The translations under genes were made by a program, and so were the position numbers. Source: Alphaproteobacteria bacterium (GTDB taxonomy: Bacteria; Pseudomonadota; Alphaproteobacteria; CALKHQ01). From it: 64,000 nucleotides of DNA. A model generated the notes under the pieces. It ran no database searches, was not told the DNA's origin, and worked only from the letters and a program-made list of their open reading frames with translations. This document shows positions 44,226 to 55,516 of this stretch, in pieces; the stretch's first letter is position 1; every line of letters starts with the position of its first letter. The stretch spans positions 3,840,001-3,904,000 of the forward strand of contig CBDDFZ010000001.1 of NCBI GenBank assembly GCA_965227515.1, given 5' to 3'.

Positions 44226-45197
44226 CTACTGGACTTCGGCGATGTTGTCGGCGGTGTAGATGCCGACGCCGGTGTCCATGTCGTCGATGGTCTCGCCGTT
44301 CAGGAACTGCACCAGCAGGTTGACGGCCTCGAAGCCCTGGCGCTCGGGCGCCTGGTCGATGGTCGCCTGCACCACGCCGTCGGCCACCAGCTCGACGGTC
44401 TGGTCCAGCAGGTCGAAGCCGACCACCTTGACCTCGCCGGTGCGGCCGTTGCGGTCCACCCACTCGCCGGCGGCCGGGGTGGAGCAGCACTCCAGCGACA
44501 GAATACCGGTGATGTCCGGATCGCCGAGCATGGCGTTCTCGATCGCCGCATAGATCTCCTGCGGATCGGTGCCGGTGTTCAGGGTGCGCGCCACTTCGAT
44601 GCCGTCATGCGCCTCCAGCGCCTCGCGGGCGCCGCCCTCGCGGTCCAGCGACCACTGTGCCGCGGCGTCCAGCGTGGTGATCAGCACCCGGCCCTCGCCG
44701 CCCAACACCTCGGCCATCAGCATGCCCGCCTCGCGGCCCGACTGCACCAGATCCTGGCCGGCGAACACCAGCCGGTCGCTGTCCGGATTGTCGGTGTTGT
44801 AGGTGATGACCGGAATACCCTCGGCCACCACGCGGTTGATCAAGGGCGCCAGCGCGTCGGTCGACACCGACGAGATCGCCAGCCCGTCGATCGTGCCCAT
44901 CAGCGTCTCGATCTCGGAGATCTGAGCGTCGGCATCTGCACCGACCGGCCCGATCATCCGCGCGCTAACCCCGTCCATCTCGTTGCCGCGTTCGACGCCG
45001 GCACGGATGAACGGCGCGAACTCGTTGGAAACGTCATGGTAGGAGACCAGGATGGTCAGTTCCTCGCCGGCGGCCACCTTCTCGGCGATGCGCGGTGCCA
45101 GTTCGAAATCGGACACGTTGACCGGGTCCGCCAGAGCGGCGGCCGGACCGGCGAACAGGGCCAGCGCGGCGGCGGCCCCCAGATACTGCTTCTTCAT
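44226..45197 (-). CDS. Sugar ABC substrate-binding protein
   Basis: Signal peptide; GIPVITYNTD, VVGFD, ATIDQAP. Confidence 0.92.
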   Translation of the reverse strand: MKKQYLGAAAALALFAGPAAALADPVNVSDFELAPRIAEKVAAGEELTILVSYHDVSNEFAPFIRAGVERGNEMDGVSARMIGPVGADADAQISEIETLMGTIDGLAISSVSTDALAPLINRVVAEGIPVITYNTDNPDSDRLVFAGQDLVQSGREAGMLMAEVLGGEGRVLITTLDAAAQWSLDREGGAREALEAHDGIEVARTLNTGTDPQEIYAAIENAMLGDPDITGILSLECCSTPAAGEWVDRNGRTGEVKVVGFDLLDQTVELVADGVVQATIDQAPERQGFEAVNLLVQFLNGETIDDMDTGVGIYTADNIAEVQ

Positions 45198-45262
45198 GCG
45201 CGTTCCTCCTCAGGTTTGGTTGTTGGTTGGAGTTGGGTTCGGGTCGTGGGTTTCGGCGGCGC

Positions 45263-46321
45263 TCAGGTCGCCCTGATGCGCGTGCTCCACTTGTCGATGG
45301 CGACTGCGATGATGATGACGAGGCCGATCATGACCTCCTGCATGAACGGCGAGACGCCCAGCAGCACCAATCCGTTCCTGAGCACGCCGATGATCAGCAC
45401 GCCCAGCACGGTGCCGAGAACGGTGCCGATGCCGCCGGCGAGCGACGCGCCGCCGACCACCACGGCGGCGATCACGTCGAGCTCCAGCCCCAGCCCGGTG
45501 CGGCCGGCCTGCCCGCTTGGCAGGAAGGCGAGCGAGAGGATGCCGGCCAGTGCCGCCAGGACCCCCATAACAATCAGCGACCAGATCTTGGTGGTCTCGA
45601 CATGGATGCCGGACACCCGCGCCGCCTTGGCGCTGCCGCCGACCGCGAAGATGCGGAAGCCGAACGAGGTGCGGGCGAGCACGAACCAGCCGATCAGCGC
45701 GACTGCGATGAAGAAGACGAGCTGCATCGGGATCGCACCGAACAAATAGCCCTGCCCCATGGCCTCGAAGCTGGCCAGCGTGTCCGGGTCGGCGCCATTG
45801 CGCTCGTTGACCGTCACCGGTTGACCATCGGTCATCAACAGCGCCGTGCCGCGGATGATCGACATCATGCCCAGGGTGGTGATCAGCGAGGGCAGACGGC
45901 CGTAGGTGGAGAGCGCCCCGTTTATCGCGCCAATGATCGCACCACAGACCAGGCCCACCGCAACCGCGGGCACCAGGCCCCAGCCGTCGACGATCAGCAT
46001 GCCGGTGGACAACCCGGCCAGCGCATAGGTGGAGCCGACCGAAAGGTCGATCTCGCCGGAAATCAGCACGAAGCTCATGCCGACCGCCATGATGCCGAGC
46101 AGTGATATCTGGCGGCCGACGTTCAGCAGGTTGCCGGTGGTGAGAAAGCTTTCGGTGGCGATCGCCAGGAAGATGCACATCACCACCAGCGCCAGGAACA
46201 CGCCGGTCTCCTTGGCCGAGAAGAAGCGCACCAGCAACGGAACACGCCGCTCCGGCGCTCGCGCCCCCGCACCTTTGGCGCCCAACCGCGCCATCCCGGC
46301 CTCTTCAGTCCCGCTGGTCAC
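45263..46321 (-). CDS. Sugar ABC permease (RbsC-like)
   Basis: GEIDLSVG, AVGGS..AA.VSGI, ELDVIAAVVVGG.SL.GG.G. Confidence 0.93.
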   Translation of the reverse strand: MTSGTEEAGMARLGAKGAGARAPERRVPLLVRFFSAKETGVFLALVVMCIFLAIATESFLTTGNLLNVGRQISLLGIMAVGMSFVLISGEIDLSVGSTYALAGLSTGMLIVDGWGLVPAVAVGLVCGAIIGAINGALSTYGRLPSLITTLGMMSIIRGTALLMTDGQPVTVNERNGADPDTLASFEAMGQGYLFGAIPMQLVFFIAVALIGWFVLARTSFGFRIFAVGGSAKAARVSGIHVETTKIWSLIVMGVLAALAGILSLAFLPSGQAGRTGLGLELDVIAAVVVGGASLAGGIGTVLGTVLGVLIIGVLRNGLVLLGVSPFMQEVMIGLVIIIAVAIDKWSTRIRAT

Positions 46322-47082
46322 TCGGCGGCCATGAAGCTTCCGGCCGCCACGGGCTTCATTTCATGGTAGGCGCCGTAATCTCGCACCTGCATGAACGGCG
46401 CGTTGGCAACCGCGTTGTAGGAGCAGATATAGCCCCACCGGTAGGTATCGCTGGGGTTGGCGTCGGAGCGGTGCAGCAGGTTGCAGTGGAACACCAGCGC
46501 ATCGCCGGCCTCCATCTCGACATAGACGCGCTCGTAACGCTCGATCGCCGCGTCCAGGTATGCCTGGACCACGTTGGTCTGGCCGTTCTCGCGCACATGG
46601 TCGAGGCGGCCGAGCTGGTGCGAACCCTTCAGAACCTGCAGGCAGCCATTGGCTTTGTTCGAGGGATCGAGTGCGATCCAGATCGACAGCATGTCGGGCG
46701 CCAGGCAGCCGTAGTTGTGCCAGTAGCCGAAGTCCTGGTGCCACTCCCAGGCGCCGCCATCGCGCGGCTGCTTCATCGTCATCTTGTGGCTGTAGAGATA
46801 GGCGTCGCTGCCGATCAGCGCCTCCGCCATGTAGACCAGGCGCTCGTCGCGGGCGAGCATGCCGAACTTGTCGTCGCCGGCGGTGTTCCACATCTTCAAC
46901 AGCGTCTTGTTGCCGGCCCCGTCACCCTTCTCCATCACCCCGCCGGCCGCGCGCGCGGCCTCGAGATAGCGCCGGGAGGCATCGCGGAAGTCGGTCACCT
47001 CGACCTGACTCAAGAAGCCCGGTCGGACGAAATACCCGTCGGCCGCGTAGGCGAGGGTCTCCGACTTGGTGGGAACGAGCAT
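46318..47082 (-). CDS. PhyH-family Fe(II)/2-oxoglutarate dioxygenase
   Basis: WEWHQDFGYW (HxD), NGCL, GSH, FHCNLLHRS..N.S..R. Confidence 0.92.
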   Translation of the reverse strand: MLVPTKSETLAYAADGYFVRPGFLSQVEVTDFRDASRRYLEAARAAGGVMEKGDGAGNKTLLKMWNTAGDDKFGMLARDERLVYMAEALIGSDAYLYSHKMTMKQPRDGGAWEWHQDFGYWHNYGCLAPDMLSIWIALDPSNKANGCLQVLKGSHQLGRLDHVRENGQTNVVQAYLDAAIERYERVYVEMEAGDALVFHCNLLHRSDANPSDTYRWGYICSYNAVANAPFMQVRDYGAYHEMKPVAAGSFMAAE

Positions 47083-47281
47083 CGAAGTCTCCGTGTGAAA
47101 CCGGGTGGTGTTGCGGGCGCGGCGGCGGCCATCGGGCGGTTCGGCGGCCCTCGCCCAAGACCTGTCGCGGAACAGGATCATGTTCCGGGTGCGCATCCCC
47201 GCGCCCCGTGAGGCACGAGTTTATGCCAAGCGTGCGGCGAAATGAATGCAAGCGACAATCATTTGCATGTATAGAACGCGC

Positions 47282-48133
47282 ATGAAGCAAGCCCTCTCAG
47301 AACCGCGCATCCGCGCCTCCTATCACCGGCCGCCGAGCCCGGCGATGGCGGCGGCCGGGGCATGCATACTGCGCGCCGGTTGGCTGGACGCGGCGCCGGG
47401 CGGCGGCATCCGCCGCGAGACCTGCCCCGGCGACGACGTGCTCTACTGCGTGTCCGGCCACGGGCGGATCGACGTGTGCGGGCGGCGCTTCGCGGTGGCA
47501 CCCGGCGAGATGGCGTGGATCGCGGGCGACGGTCCGCATGGCCACGTGGCCGACAGCAAGTCGCCCTGGTCGGTGATGTGGTTTCGCATGCAGACCCCCG
47601 ACACACCGGCATTGCGACGTCGGTTGCTGATGTCGGACACCCCGGTGATCGCGGTCGGCGAAGCGGCGCAGTTGGTCGCGTGGTTCGAGAACCTGTTCGA
47701 CACCATGGCGGCGCCGGGCGACGACATCGACCTGCGCCTCAATGCCGCCGTCGGCGAGTTCCTGATGCTGGTCGGGCGTCAGCAGCGGCCGGGTGCGCTG
47801 GCGCAATCGCCGGCGGGCTTCGACCGCCTGCGCCGGGCCATCCGCGCCAATCCGCAGCAGCGCTGGAGCGCCGCCGACATGGAGGTGACCGCTGGCCTCA
47901 GCGCCTCGCAGTTGCGGCGCCTGTTCCGACGCCACATGGCCACGACGCCACGAGGTTACCTGCGCCGGGAGCGCATCTCCCGCGCGCAGTTCATGATGCT
48001 GGACACGACAACCCCGATCGGCGAGGTCGCGATCGCGTGCGGGTTCTCGGACCCTTATCACTTCAGCCGCGATTTCGCGCGCGTGGTGGGCACGAGCCCG
48101 TCGGCGTGGCGTCGGGCCGAGCGCCAGATCTAA
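47282..48133 (+). CDS. AraC-family regulator
   Basis: Cupin N-domain; LS.SQLRRLF, GFSDPYHFSRDF..VG.SPS.WR. Confidence 0.93.
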   Translation: MKQALSEPRIRASYHRPPSPAMAAAGACILRAGWLDAAPGGGIRRETCPGDDVLYCVSGHGRIDVCGRRFAVAPGEMAWIAGDGPHGHVADSKSPWSVMWFRMQTPDTPALRRRLLMSDTPVIAVGEAAQLVAWFENLFDTMAAPGDDIDLRLNAAVGEFLMLVGRQQRPGALAQSPAGFDRLRRAIRANPQQRWSAADMEVTAGLSASQLRRLFRRHMATTPRGYLRRERISRAQFMMLDTTTPIGEVAIACGFSDPYHFSRDFARVVGTSPSAWRRAERQI

Positions 48134-48235
48134 CCGGCTGCTACCCTCGCAGTGGAGAGATCACCAACGGCGATCTCTCCAAGGCCGCTCGCATTGCTTG
48201 GGGTCCGGTTCATTGGGCCAGGACCGAAACTGCAC

Positions 48236-49333
48236 TCATCCATCGGTCGCTTCGGTTGCGGCTTGTTTCCGGTTCTCGCCGTTCAGGTAGTCTTCGACAT
48301 AGACCATGCGCGTCAGCGTCATGCAGGCCGCGGCGATCGGTGTCGCCAGCATCAAGCCAAAAATCCCAAACAGGATGCCGAACAGGATTTGGACCGTGAT
48401 CGTCAGTGCCGGAGGCAGGGAGACCATCTCGCGTTGCACAATTGGCGTGACGACGTAGGTCTCGATCGCCTGCACCGCCAAATAGACGCCAATCACCCAG
48501 ATGACGGTCTCGGTCCCGAAGGCCAACGCCAGAAGGATGCCCGGCACCATGGACAGGATCGGGCCGATGTTGGGAATGAAGGCAAAGAATCCGGCAATCA
48601 GGCCCAGCATCGGCGCCAGCGGGATGCCGAGGATCCACATGCCGATCCAGGTCAGGACGCCGACCGTCGTCATCGCCAACAATTGGGCGGCAAGCCAGCG
48701 CCGCAGCGTCGACGCGGTCGCGTGCATGACCTCTTCCGCCCGGTCGCGAATGGACGGCGCGAAAAGAAGGCGGATACCGCGTACATACAGACCCGGGTTG
48801 ATGGCCATGTAGATACCGACGATCAGAATCACGACGACATGGCCAAACGCGCCGAATGTTGCCGCGGCAGCCGAAGCGACGCCGCTGCCGCCGCTTTGCA
48901 GCAACCCCTCGGGTCTAAGCTGGTCCAGCAGGTCCGGACCCCAACTGTACTTTCTGATCTCGTCGGCGATCGCATTGGCCGCCTGAGGGATGCGGATCAT
49001 GATCTCGTCGAACTGCTCCGATATGAACGGAACCGCGACGAAACCGATGACGACCCCTGTCGCTGCAATCGCAACGGCGAAGGCCGCCATGCCCCACATG
49101 GCGCCAATCTTGAGCTTGTTTGCAATCCAGTCGCCGCCACCACGCAGGAACAGGCCGAGCAGGATTCCGGCGAATACGACAAGTGGAACGTCCGGCGCGA
49201 TAATGAGGACTGCAACCAGCACACCACTGGCGACAGCGAGCGATACGGATCGACGGGTCACTGCGCTCAACTCGGTAACTGCATGCGTCGGTAGCCCCCT
49301 TTGGTCGACTGCTACCGACGATGTTCCCACCAC
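48236..49333 (-). CDS. AI-2E family transporter
   Basis: FIPNIGP, VQAIETYVVTP, G..GLMLATP; start uncertain. Confidence 0.88.
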   Translation of the reverse strand: MVGTSSVAVDQRGLPTHAVTELSAVTRRSVSLAVASGVLVAVLIIAPDVPLVVFAGILLGLFLRGGGDWIANKLKIGAMWGMAAFAVAIAATGVVIGFVAVPFISEQFDEIMIRIPQAANAIADEIRKYSWGPDLLDQLRPEGLLQSGGSGVASAAAATFGAFGHVVVILIVGIYMAINPGLYVRGIRLLFAPSIRDRAEEVMHATASTLRRWLAAQLLAMTTVGVLTWIGMWILGIPLAPMLGLIAGFFAFIPNIGPILSMVPGILLALAFGTETVIWVIGVYLAVQAIETYVVTPIVQREMVSLPPALTITVQILFGILFGIFGLMLATPIAAACMTLTRMVYVEDYLNGENRKQAATEATDG

Positions 49334-49546
49334 GTGCACCGAATGGCAAGCGAGGGGCCGTACAGGGCGTACCGCGATGCATCTCGACTCCTGACAGCGC
49401 GGGACGCTATCGCGCGGCAATGGCATGCATCGTGATTATCGCCATTGGGCCGCGATACCAACTGCAGCTCCGCGACCTCGGCGCCTTCCACCGGCAGAGC
49501 GCTGTCTGCCTGTCATGCCGTGACGAGCACATCATCCGGCCGAACG

Positions 49547-49588
49547 CGCCGCCCGGTGCGCTACGCCAACCAGCTACCGGCTGCAGTC
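49547..49588 (+). pseudogene. Relic fragment of an IS481 transposase
   Basis: 39/42 nt identical to 51426-51467 (RRPVRYANQLPAAV); differences at third codon positions. Confidence 0.75.
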
Positions 49589-49805
49589 ATCATGAACCCG
49601 CCATCAAGCTACAACGGCGGGCAGCAGCACCCGATTCAGGGCGGCGGCAGGCAACGCCGCTTGTCCGCGCAGGTAAGATTGATGACGGCGGAAGAGGAGT
49701 TGCAAGGCCTGGAACGGCACTTCGTCGGTGCGAGCTGGCCTTCTCACGCTGCGCCTCCTGGCAGCGGGAACACCGCACCGGAATCGTCCGGCCTGGCCCT
49801 TGCGA

Positions 49806-50831
49806 TCACAGTTTCTTCAGGAAGGGGAGAAGATCGGTGGAGTCCGGCCGGGAGGCGATCGAGATATCGCCGGAAGCGCGGTCCTGCGAGCGTGTCCCGA
49901 CGATGCTTCCCGGGCTGAAGCCGAATTTCCTCTGGAACTCGCGGCTGAAATGACTGACCGAGGAGAAGCCCCAGGCATCCGCGGCGCGGCTGACGGCCCC
50001 GCGGGGCGCCTCGGTGAAGGCGAGTGAGGTCAGCGCCGCGTTCAGGCGCCGCGCGGTGATGTAGCGATGGAGCCCGCCATCTGGCTCCAGCTCTCGATAG
50101 AGGGACGACCGCGACAGCCCGAACTCGGCGCAGATGGCATCCGCGGTCAGCTGGTCAGACTGCAGATTCTGCGCAATGTGGTCGCGTATCGCCTGTCGCC
50201 GCGCAGCGACGAACGCCGGGGCGGTGGGGTCGCTGGCCGCGGCGAAGAACGCCCCGCGCAGCAGCCCGACCAGTCCGCCGGCGATGGCCGACTGCTCCGC
50301 CTTGGTGATGGTCTCGACTTGCCGGAAGATGCCGATGAGCGTGTTGCGCAGGACGCGGCCCATGACCCCGTCTTGCGAGATGCTCATATATGCAGGATGC
50401 CGGCTTCGGTCGTAGCCGACGAGATCGTGGGCAACGAGCACGCTGACGACTTGAATGTTTGTCCCACGGGCCTGGGACGGGCGCGAGAAGTCCCGGATGC
50501 ACATATCGCCGGGTCTCGCGATGAACGACTGCCCATCCATCTCCAGGTGATGCTCGCCGGCCCGAAACAGCTGGACCAGCAGGCAATCGGACACGTGGTT
50601 GTCGATGTGTTTCTTGTCGCGGACAAACAGCACGCTTTCGTACGCAACCCTGGTGAGGACCAGATTGTCCAGCAGCCAGGCGTCCGCCATGTCCACCACC
50701 GCCTTGCCATTGGCGAGCGGCGAAACATTGTACATCGGGCGCACGAGATCGGCCCACATGTCGAGCCGCTGCTCGTTCGAGACCCCGTCCAGAACAAGCC
50801 CTACCCGGTCGAGCTTTGGCGTTTCCGTCAT
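49806..50831 (-). CDS. AraC-family regulator
   Basis: LSRSSLYR, GFSSVSHFSREF..FG.SP. Confidence 0.92.
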   Translation of the reverse strand: MTETPKLDRVGLVLDGVSNEQRLDMWADLVRPMYNVSPLANGKAVVDMADAWLLDNLVLTRVAYESVLFVRDKKHIDNHVSDCLLVQLFRAGEHHLEMDGQSFIARPGDMCIRDFSRPSQARGTNIQVVSVLVAHDLVGYDRSRHPAYMSISQDGVMGRVLRNTLIGIFRQVETITKAEQSAIAGGLVGLLRGAFFAAASDPTAPAFVAARRQAIRDHIAQNLQSDQLTADAICAEFGLSRSSLYRELEPDGGLHRYITARRLNAALTSLAFTEAPRGAVSRAADAWGFSSVSHFSREFQRKFGFSPGSIVGTRSQDRASGDISIASRPDSTDLLPFLKKL

Positions 50832-51123
50832 CTGCGATCCGTCGTCACCTATCGACGACAGGCCGAAGCGGCGCGCCACTTTCGGGGCCGCAGATCATGC
50901 GCGAGGTGTTGTGGAAGGCTTGCATGGGCAAACGCTCCCGCTTCGAAATGGCGCCTTTGTTGGATGCGGACAAGCCGCAGCAAATTCGATTGCCCAAATA
51001 GCTGTCGGCCCTGCGAATACAACCCAGGGGCAGTAAATGTACCAATCGCCAAACCGATAAGTCTAGTCCGGGCAACATGGTCGGCGCGCCCGGCGGCGCT
51101 ACAAGGCCCCGGGCATGGGGATA

Positions 51124-51172
51124 TCACCGATGTCTTGGGTACAAATCGCCGCCCATGCGTGCGGGCCGGACA
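51124..51172 (+). repeat. Degenerate IS481 right end
   Basis: TCACCGATGTCTTGGGTACAAA..GGGCCGGACA resembles 52422-52470. Confidence 0.65.
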
Positions 51173-51174
51173 AT

Positions 51175-52470
51175 TGAGCGGTCGGAGAGATAGGTGACGG
51201 ATCGTACCGGAGACATGGGTAACACTTTTGGCCTTTTGGCCGGGGGTGTTGATGCCGTGGAGACGGAGTACGGTTATGGAGGAACGCCTGCGGTTTGTGG
51301 CCCGTTTGCTGGAAGGCGAGAGCATGAGCGCGGTTTGTCGGTCTTTCGGGATATCCCGGAAGACCGGCTACAAGATTTTCAAGCGGTATCAGGCGGAGGG
51401 TGTGCATGCGCTGAGCGACCGGTCTCGCCGCCCGGTGCGCTACGCCAACCAGCTGCCGGCCGCGGTCGAGCGGCTGATCGTCGCGACGAAGAAAGAGAAG
51501 CCGCACTGGGGCGCACGCAAGATCCGGGAGGTGTTGGTGCGCCGTCTTGCCGGCGACGTGCGCATTCCCGCCAGGAGCACGGTGCATGCGGTGCTCGACC
51601 GCCACGGCCTGGTCCAGCGCGCCCGGCGCCGGCGCCACAAGGCGGCGGGCACGCCGCTGTCGACGGCCCATGTCCCCAATGCGCTGTGGTGCACCGACTT
51701 CAAGGGCGAGTTCAAGCTCGGCACCGGCCGCTATTGTTACCCCCTGACGGTGACCGACCAGGCCTCGCGCTTCATCCTGGGCTGCGAAGCCCTTGAGACG
51801 ACCAAGGAGGCGCATGCCTTCCCGGTCTTCGAGCGCCTGTTCCAGGAGTTCGGCCTGCCCGATGCGATGCGCTCCGACAACGGCCTGCCATTCGCCAGTC
51901 CGAACGGGCTCTACAACCTCTCCAGGCTCGCGGTCTGGTGGCTGAGGCTGGGGATCGCGATCGAGCGCATCAAACCCGGCCATCCGCAGCAGAACGGCCG
52001 CCATGAACGCATGCACCTGACCCTGAAGAAGGAGACCACCAAGCCGGCCGGCGCCAACATCCTACAGCAGCAGGCCCGCTTCGACGCCTTCGTCGCCGAG
52101 TTCAATACCGAGCGCCCGCATGAGGCGCTCGCCATGAAGTGCCCGGCAGAGGTCTACACCCCCTCAGCCAAGCCCTATCGCGGCTTGACCGAGCTCGACT
52201 ATCCGTTCCACGACCGGGATGTCGTCGTCACCTCATGCGGGCGGCTGTGCCTGCACCGAAAGAAGATCAACATCTCAACCGTCATGGCCGGACAGCGCCT
52301 GGGAATCAAAGAGGTCGACGAGGGCATATGGCTCGTCAGCTTCATGCACTACGATCTCGGATACATCGACCTGGAGCAGAAAACACTGCAGACACTCGAC
52401 AGCCCGTTCGGCACGAGGTTGTCACCCATGTCTTAGGTACAAACTGTTACCTATGTCTCCGGGTCGGACA
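51175..52470 (+). mobile_element. IS481-family element
   Basis: TG..ACA ends with repeated GGAGA(C/G)AT(A/G)GGT(A/G)AC sub-terminal motifs; single DDE ORF; left end approximate. Confidence 0.85.
51252..52436 (+). CDS. IS481-family DDE transposase
   Basis: HTH FGISRKTGYK, WCTDFKG, SDNG.PF, PQQNGRHERMH, ERPHEAL. Confidence 0.93.
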   Translation: MPWRRSTVMEERLRFVARLLEGESMSAVCRSFGISRKTGYKIFKRYQAEGVHALSDRSRRPVRYANQLPAAVERLIVATKKEKPHWGARKIREVLVRRLAGDVRIPARSTVHAVLDRHGLVQRARRRRHKAAGTPLSTAHVPNALWCTDFKGEFKLGTGRYCYPLTVTDQASRFILGCEALETTKEAHAFPVFERLFQEFGLPDAMRSDNGLPFASPNGLYNLSRLAVWWLRLGIAIERIKPGHPQQNGRHERMHLTLKKETTKPAGANILQQQARFDAFVAEFNTERPHEALAMKCPAEVYTPSAKPYRGLTELDYPFHDRDVVVTSCGRLCLHRKKINISTVMAGQRLGIKEVDEGIWLVSFMHYDLGYIDLEQKTLQTLDSPFGTRLSPMS

Positions 52471-52480
52471 AATCAGGATC

Positions 52481-52573
52481 TGGCGGAGGGGATGGGATTC
52501 GAACCCACGATACGGCTAATCACCGTATAACGGTTTAGCAAACCGCCGCCTTCAGCCACTCGGCCACCCCTCC
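52481..52573 (-). tRNA. tRNA-Ser(GCT)
   Basis: Minus strand GGAGGGGTGGCCGAGTGG..GGTTTGCTAAACC..long variable arm..GGTTCGAATCC..CCTCCGCCA. Confidence 0.97.
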
Positions 52574-52898
52574 GCGCCAAGCGCAGATCACACGGCGTAT
52601 GCGTCCGCTGCTATACCCGCGCCGGTTCGCCAGTGTCAAACGGCATCGGTGCCGCGCGGGTCGCGTTGTTGCATTCACATGGTGCTGCCCCCCGACAGCC
52701 GCAACCGTCCGCCGCGCCCCAAGGCGTCAGTGCGTATCGGCAACAGGTCCTGTGGAACCTGCGTTTCCCCGGATCGTTTCATGAAAACGCGCTTGTGCGG
52801 CATGCCCCCAATGTGCATAACCGCCGATCTTCCCAACATGGCGACGACGCTGGCTCCGACAGCGATGTCGCGCGACCTGCGCAGAGGAGCCTCGGCCC

Positions 52899-53383
52899 AT
52901 GGAAGGCCTTGCCCCCCGTGAGTTTCGTACGTCCGGCGACGACGTGGACAGCACCGCCCATGCGCGCGCGAACCCGCCCCGCGCGGTTTCGCCCGTCACG
53001 GACGATCAGTTCGCCGACGATCATTTCGCGGAGCGCGATGGCGTGCGCTATGCCGGCACCCACCTGATCGTCGACCTATGGGGTGCGCAGGGCCTGAACG
53101 ACGTGGCGTTCGTCGAGGCGACGCTGCGCGAGGCTGCGGCCGCCGCCGACGCCACCGTGCTGGACGCCAACATTCATCACTTCCAGCCCGGCGACGGCGT
53201 CACCGGCGTGCTGGTATTGGCGGAGAGCCACATCTCCATCCACACGTGGCCGGAGCACGACTATGCCGCCATCGACGTCTTCATGTGCGGCAAGGCCGAC
53301 CCCGCGCTGACGGTGCCGGTGCTGCGCGCGGCCCTGCGCCCGAAACGTGTGGAGGTGTCGGAAATCCGCCGTGGCGTGATGCG

Positions 53384-53387
<4 letters not shown>
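52899..53387 (+). CDS. speD: S-adenosylmethionine decarboxylase proenzyme
   Basis: GTHLIVD, GVTGVLVLAESHISIHTWPE, DVFMCG. Confidence 0.95.
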
Positions 53388-54231
<844 letters not shown>

Positions 54232-54235
<4 letters not shown>

Positions 54236-55416
54236 GCGCTTTCGGTTGCGGTCGCTTCGCGCTGCGGCGCCAACAGCCGCAGCAACGCATAGCCGATGAC
54301 GGCCGCGATCACCGAGCCGCCGAGCACGCCCAGGCGCACGCCCGCCGCCGCCTCCGGCGTCGAGAACGACAGCCCGCCGATGAACAGACTCATCGTGAAG
54401 CCGATGCCGGCCAGGAAGCCGACGCCGGCGATGTGCGCCCACTGCACGCCCTCCGGCAGGCGCGCGACGCCCAGCGCCGTCGCCAGCAGGCACGCGCCGA
54501 CGATGCCGATGGGTTTGCCCAGCACCAGACCGGCGGCGATGCCCAGCGGCAATGGGTCGATCAGGGTGTCGAACGTCAGGCCGGTCAGCGGCACGCCCGC
54601 GTTGGCGAACGCGAAGATCGGCATCACGCCGAACGCCACATATGGCAGCAACGCATGCTCCAGGATCTTCAGCGGCGAGCCGCCCTTGGGATCGCGCATC
54701 GGCACCGCCAGCGCCACCACCACGCCGGCCAGGGTGGCGTGCACGCCCGATTTCAGCACGAACACCCACAGCACGATGCCGACCAGCACGTAGGGCGCGA
54801 TGCGCGTGACCTTCAGGCGGTTCAGCGCGATCAGCACGGCGACGGCAATGGCCGCCATGCCGAGCGATTCCAGTGACAGATTGGCGGTGTAGAACAGGGC
54901 GATGATGACGATGGCGCCAAGGTCGTCGATGATCGCCAGCGCCAGCAGAAAGACCTTCAGCGCCAACGGCACCCGCCTGCCGAGCAGCGCCAGCACGCCG
55001 AGCGCGAAGGCGATGTCGGTGGCGGCCGGGATCGCCCAACCCTGCAGATTGTCCGGCGAGTCCAGGTTGATCAGCACGAAGAACGCCGCCGGCAACGCCA
55101 TGCCGCCCACGGCCGCGACGCCAGGCAGCACGATCTGCGAGGGCGTCGACAGTTCGCCCTCCAGCACCTCGCGCTTGATCTCCATCCCGACCAGGAAGAA
55201 GAACACCGCCATCAGCCCGTCGTTGATCCACAGCAGGATGGGCTTGTCGATGGCGAAAGCACCAATGCTGACCACGGCGTGGGTGTCCAGCCCGTCGAAG
55301 TACATCGGCGCCAGGGCCGAGTTGCTGATGATCAGCGCCGCCACCGACGTGACCAGCAGGAAGATGCCACCCGTCGCCTCGTGTTGAATGAACGCTCGAA
55401 TTGCCCGAACTGGCAC
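54232..55416 (-). CDS. nhaA: Na+/H+ antiporter NhaA
   Basis: WINDGLM, GWAIPAATDIAF, LAIIDDLGA, SGVHAT, GIGFTMSLFI. Confidence 0.96.
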
Positions 55417-55516
55417 CGCCTGCTCCCTGATCCAGTTTCTCCGCCAGCCCTCTAGGTAGGGCGTGGGCATCGGCTTCGCCACCCGCTGGCCGGTCAACGG
55501 GCCTTCGGGTGGATAT

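Noticed and set aside
48153-48181. Hairpin TGGAGAGATC..GATCTCTCCA
   Set aside because: Single copy between convergent genes; most simply a terminator-like stem, not a repeat family.
48134-52573. Integrase-type genomic island at tRNA-Ser
   Set aside because: No integrase gene and no duplicated tRNA 3' end (att) found by eye; only IS481 pieces.
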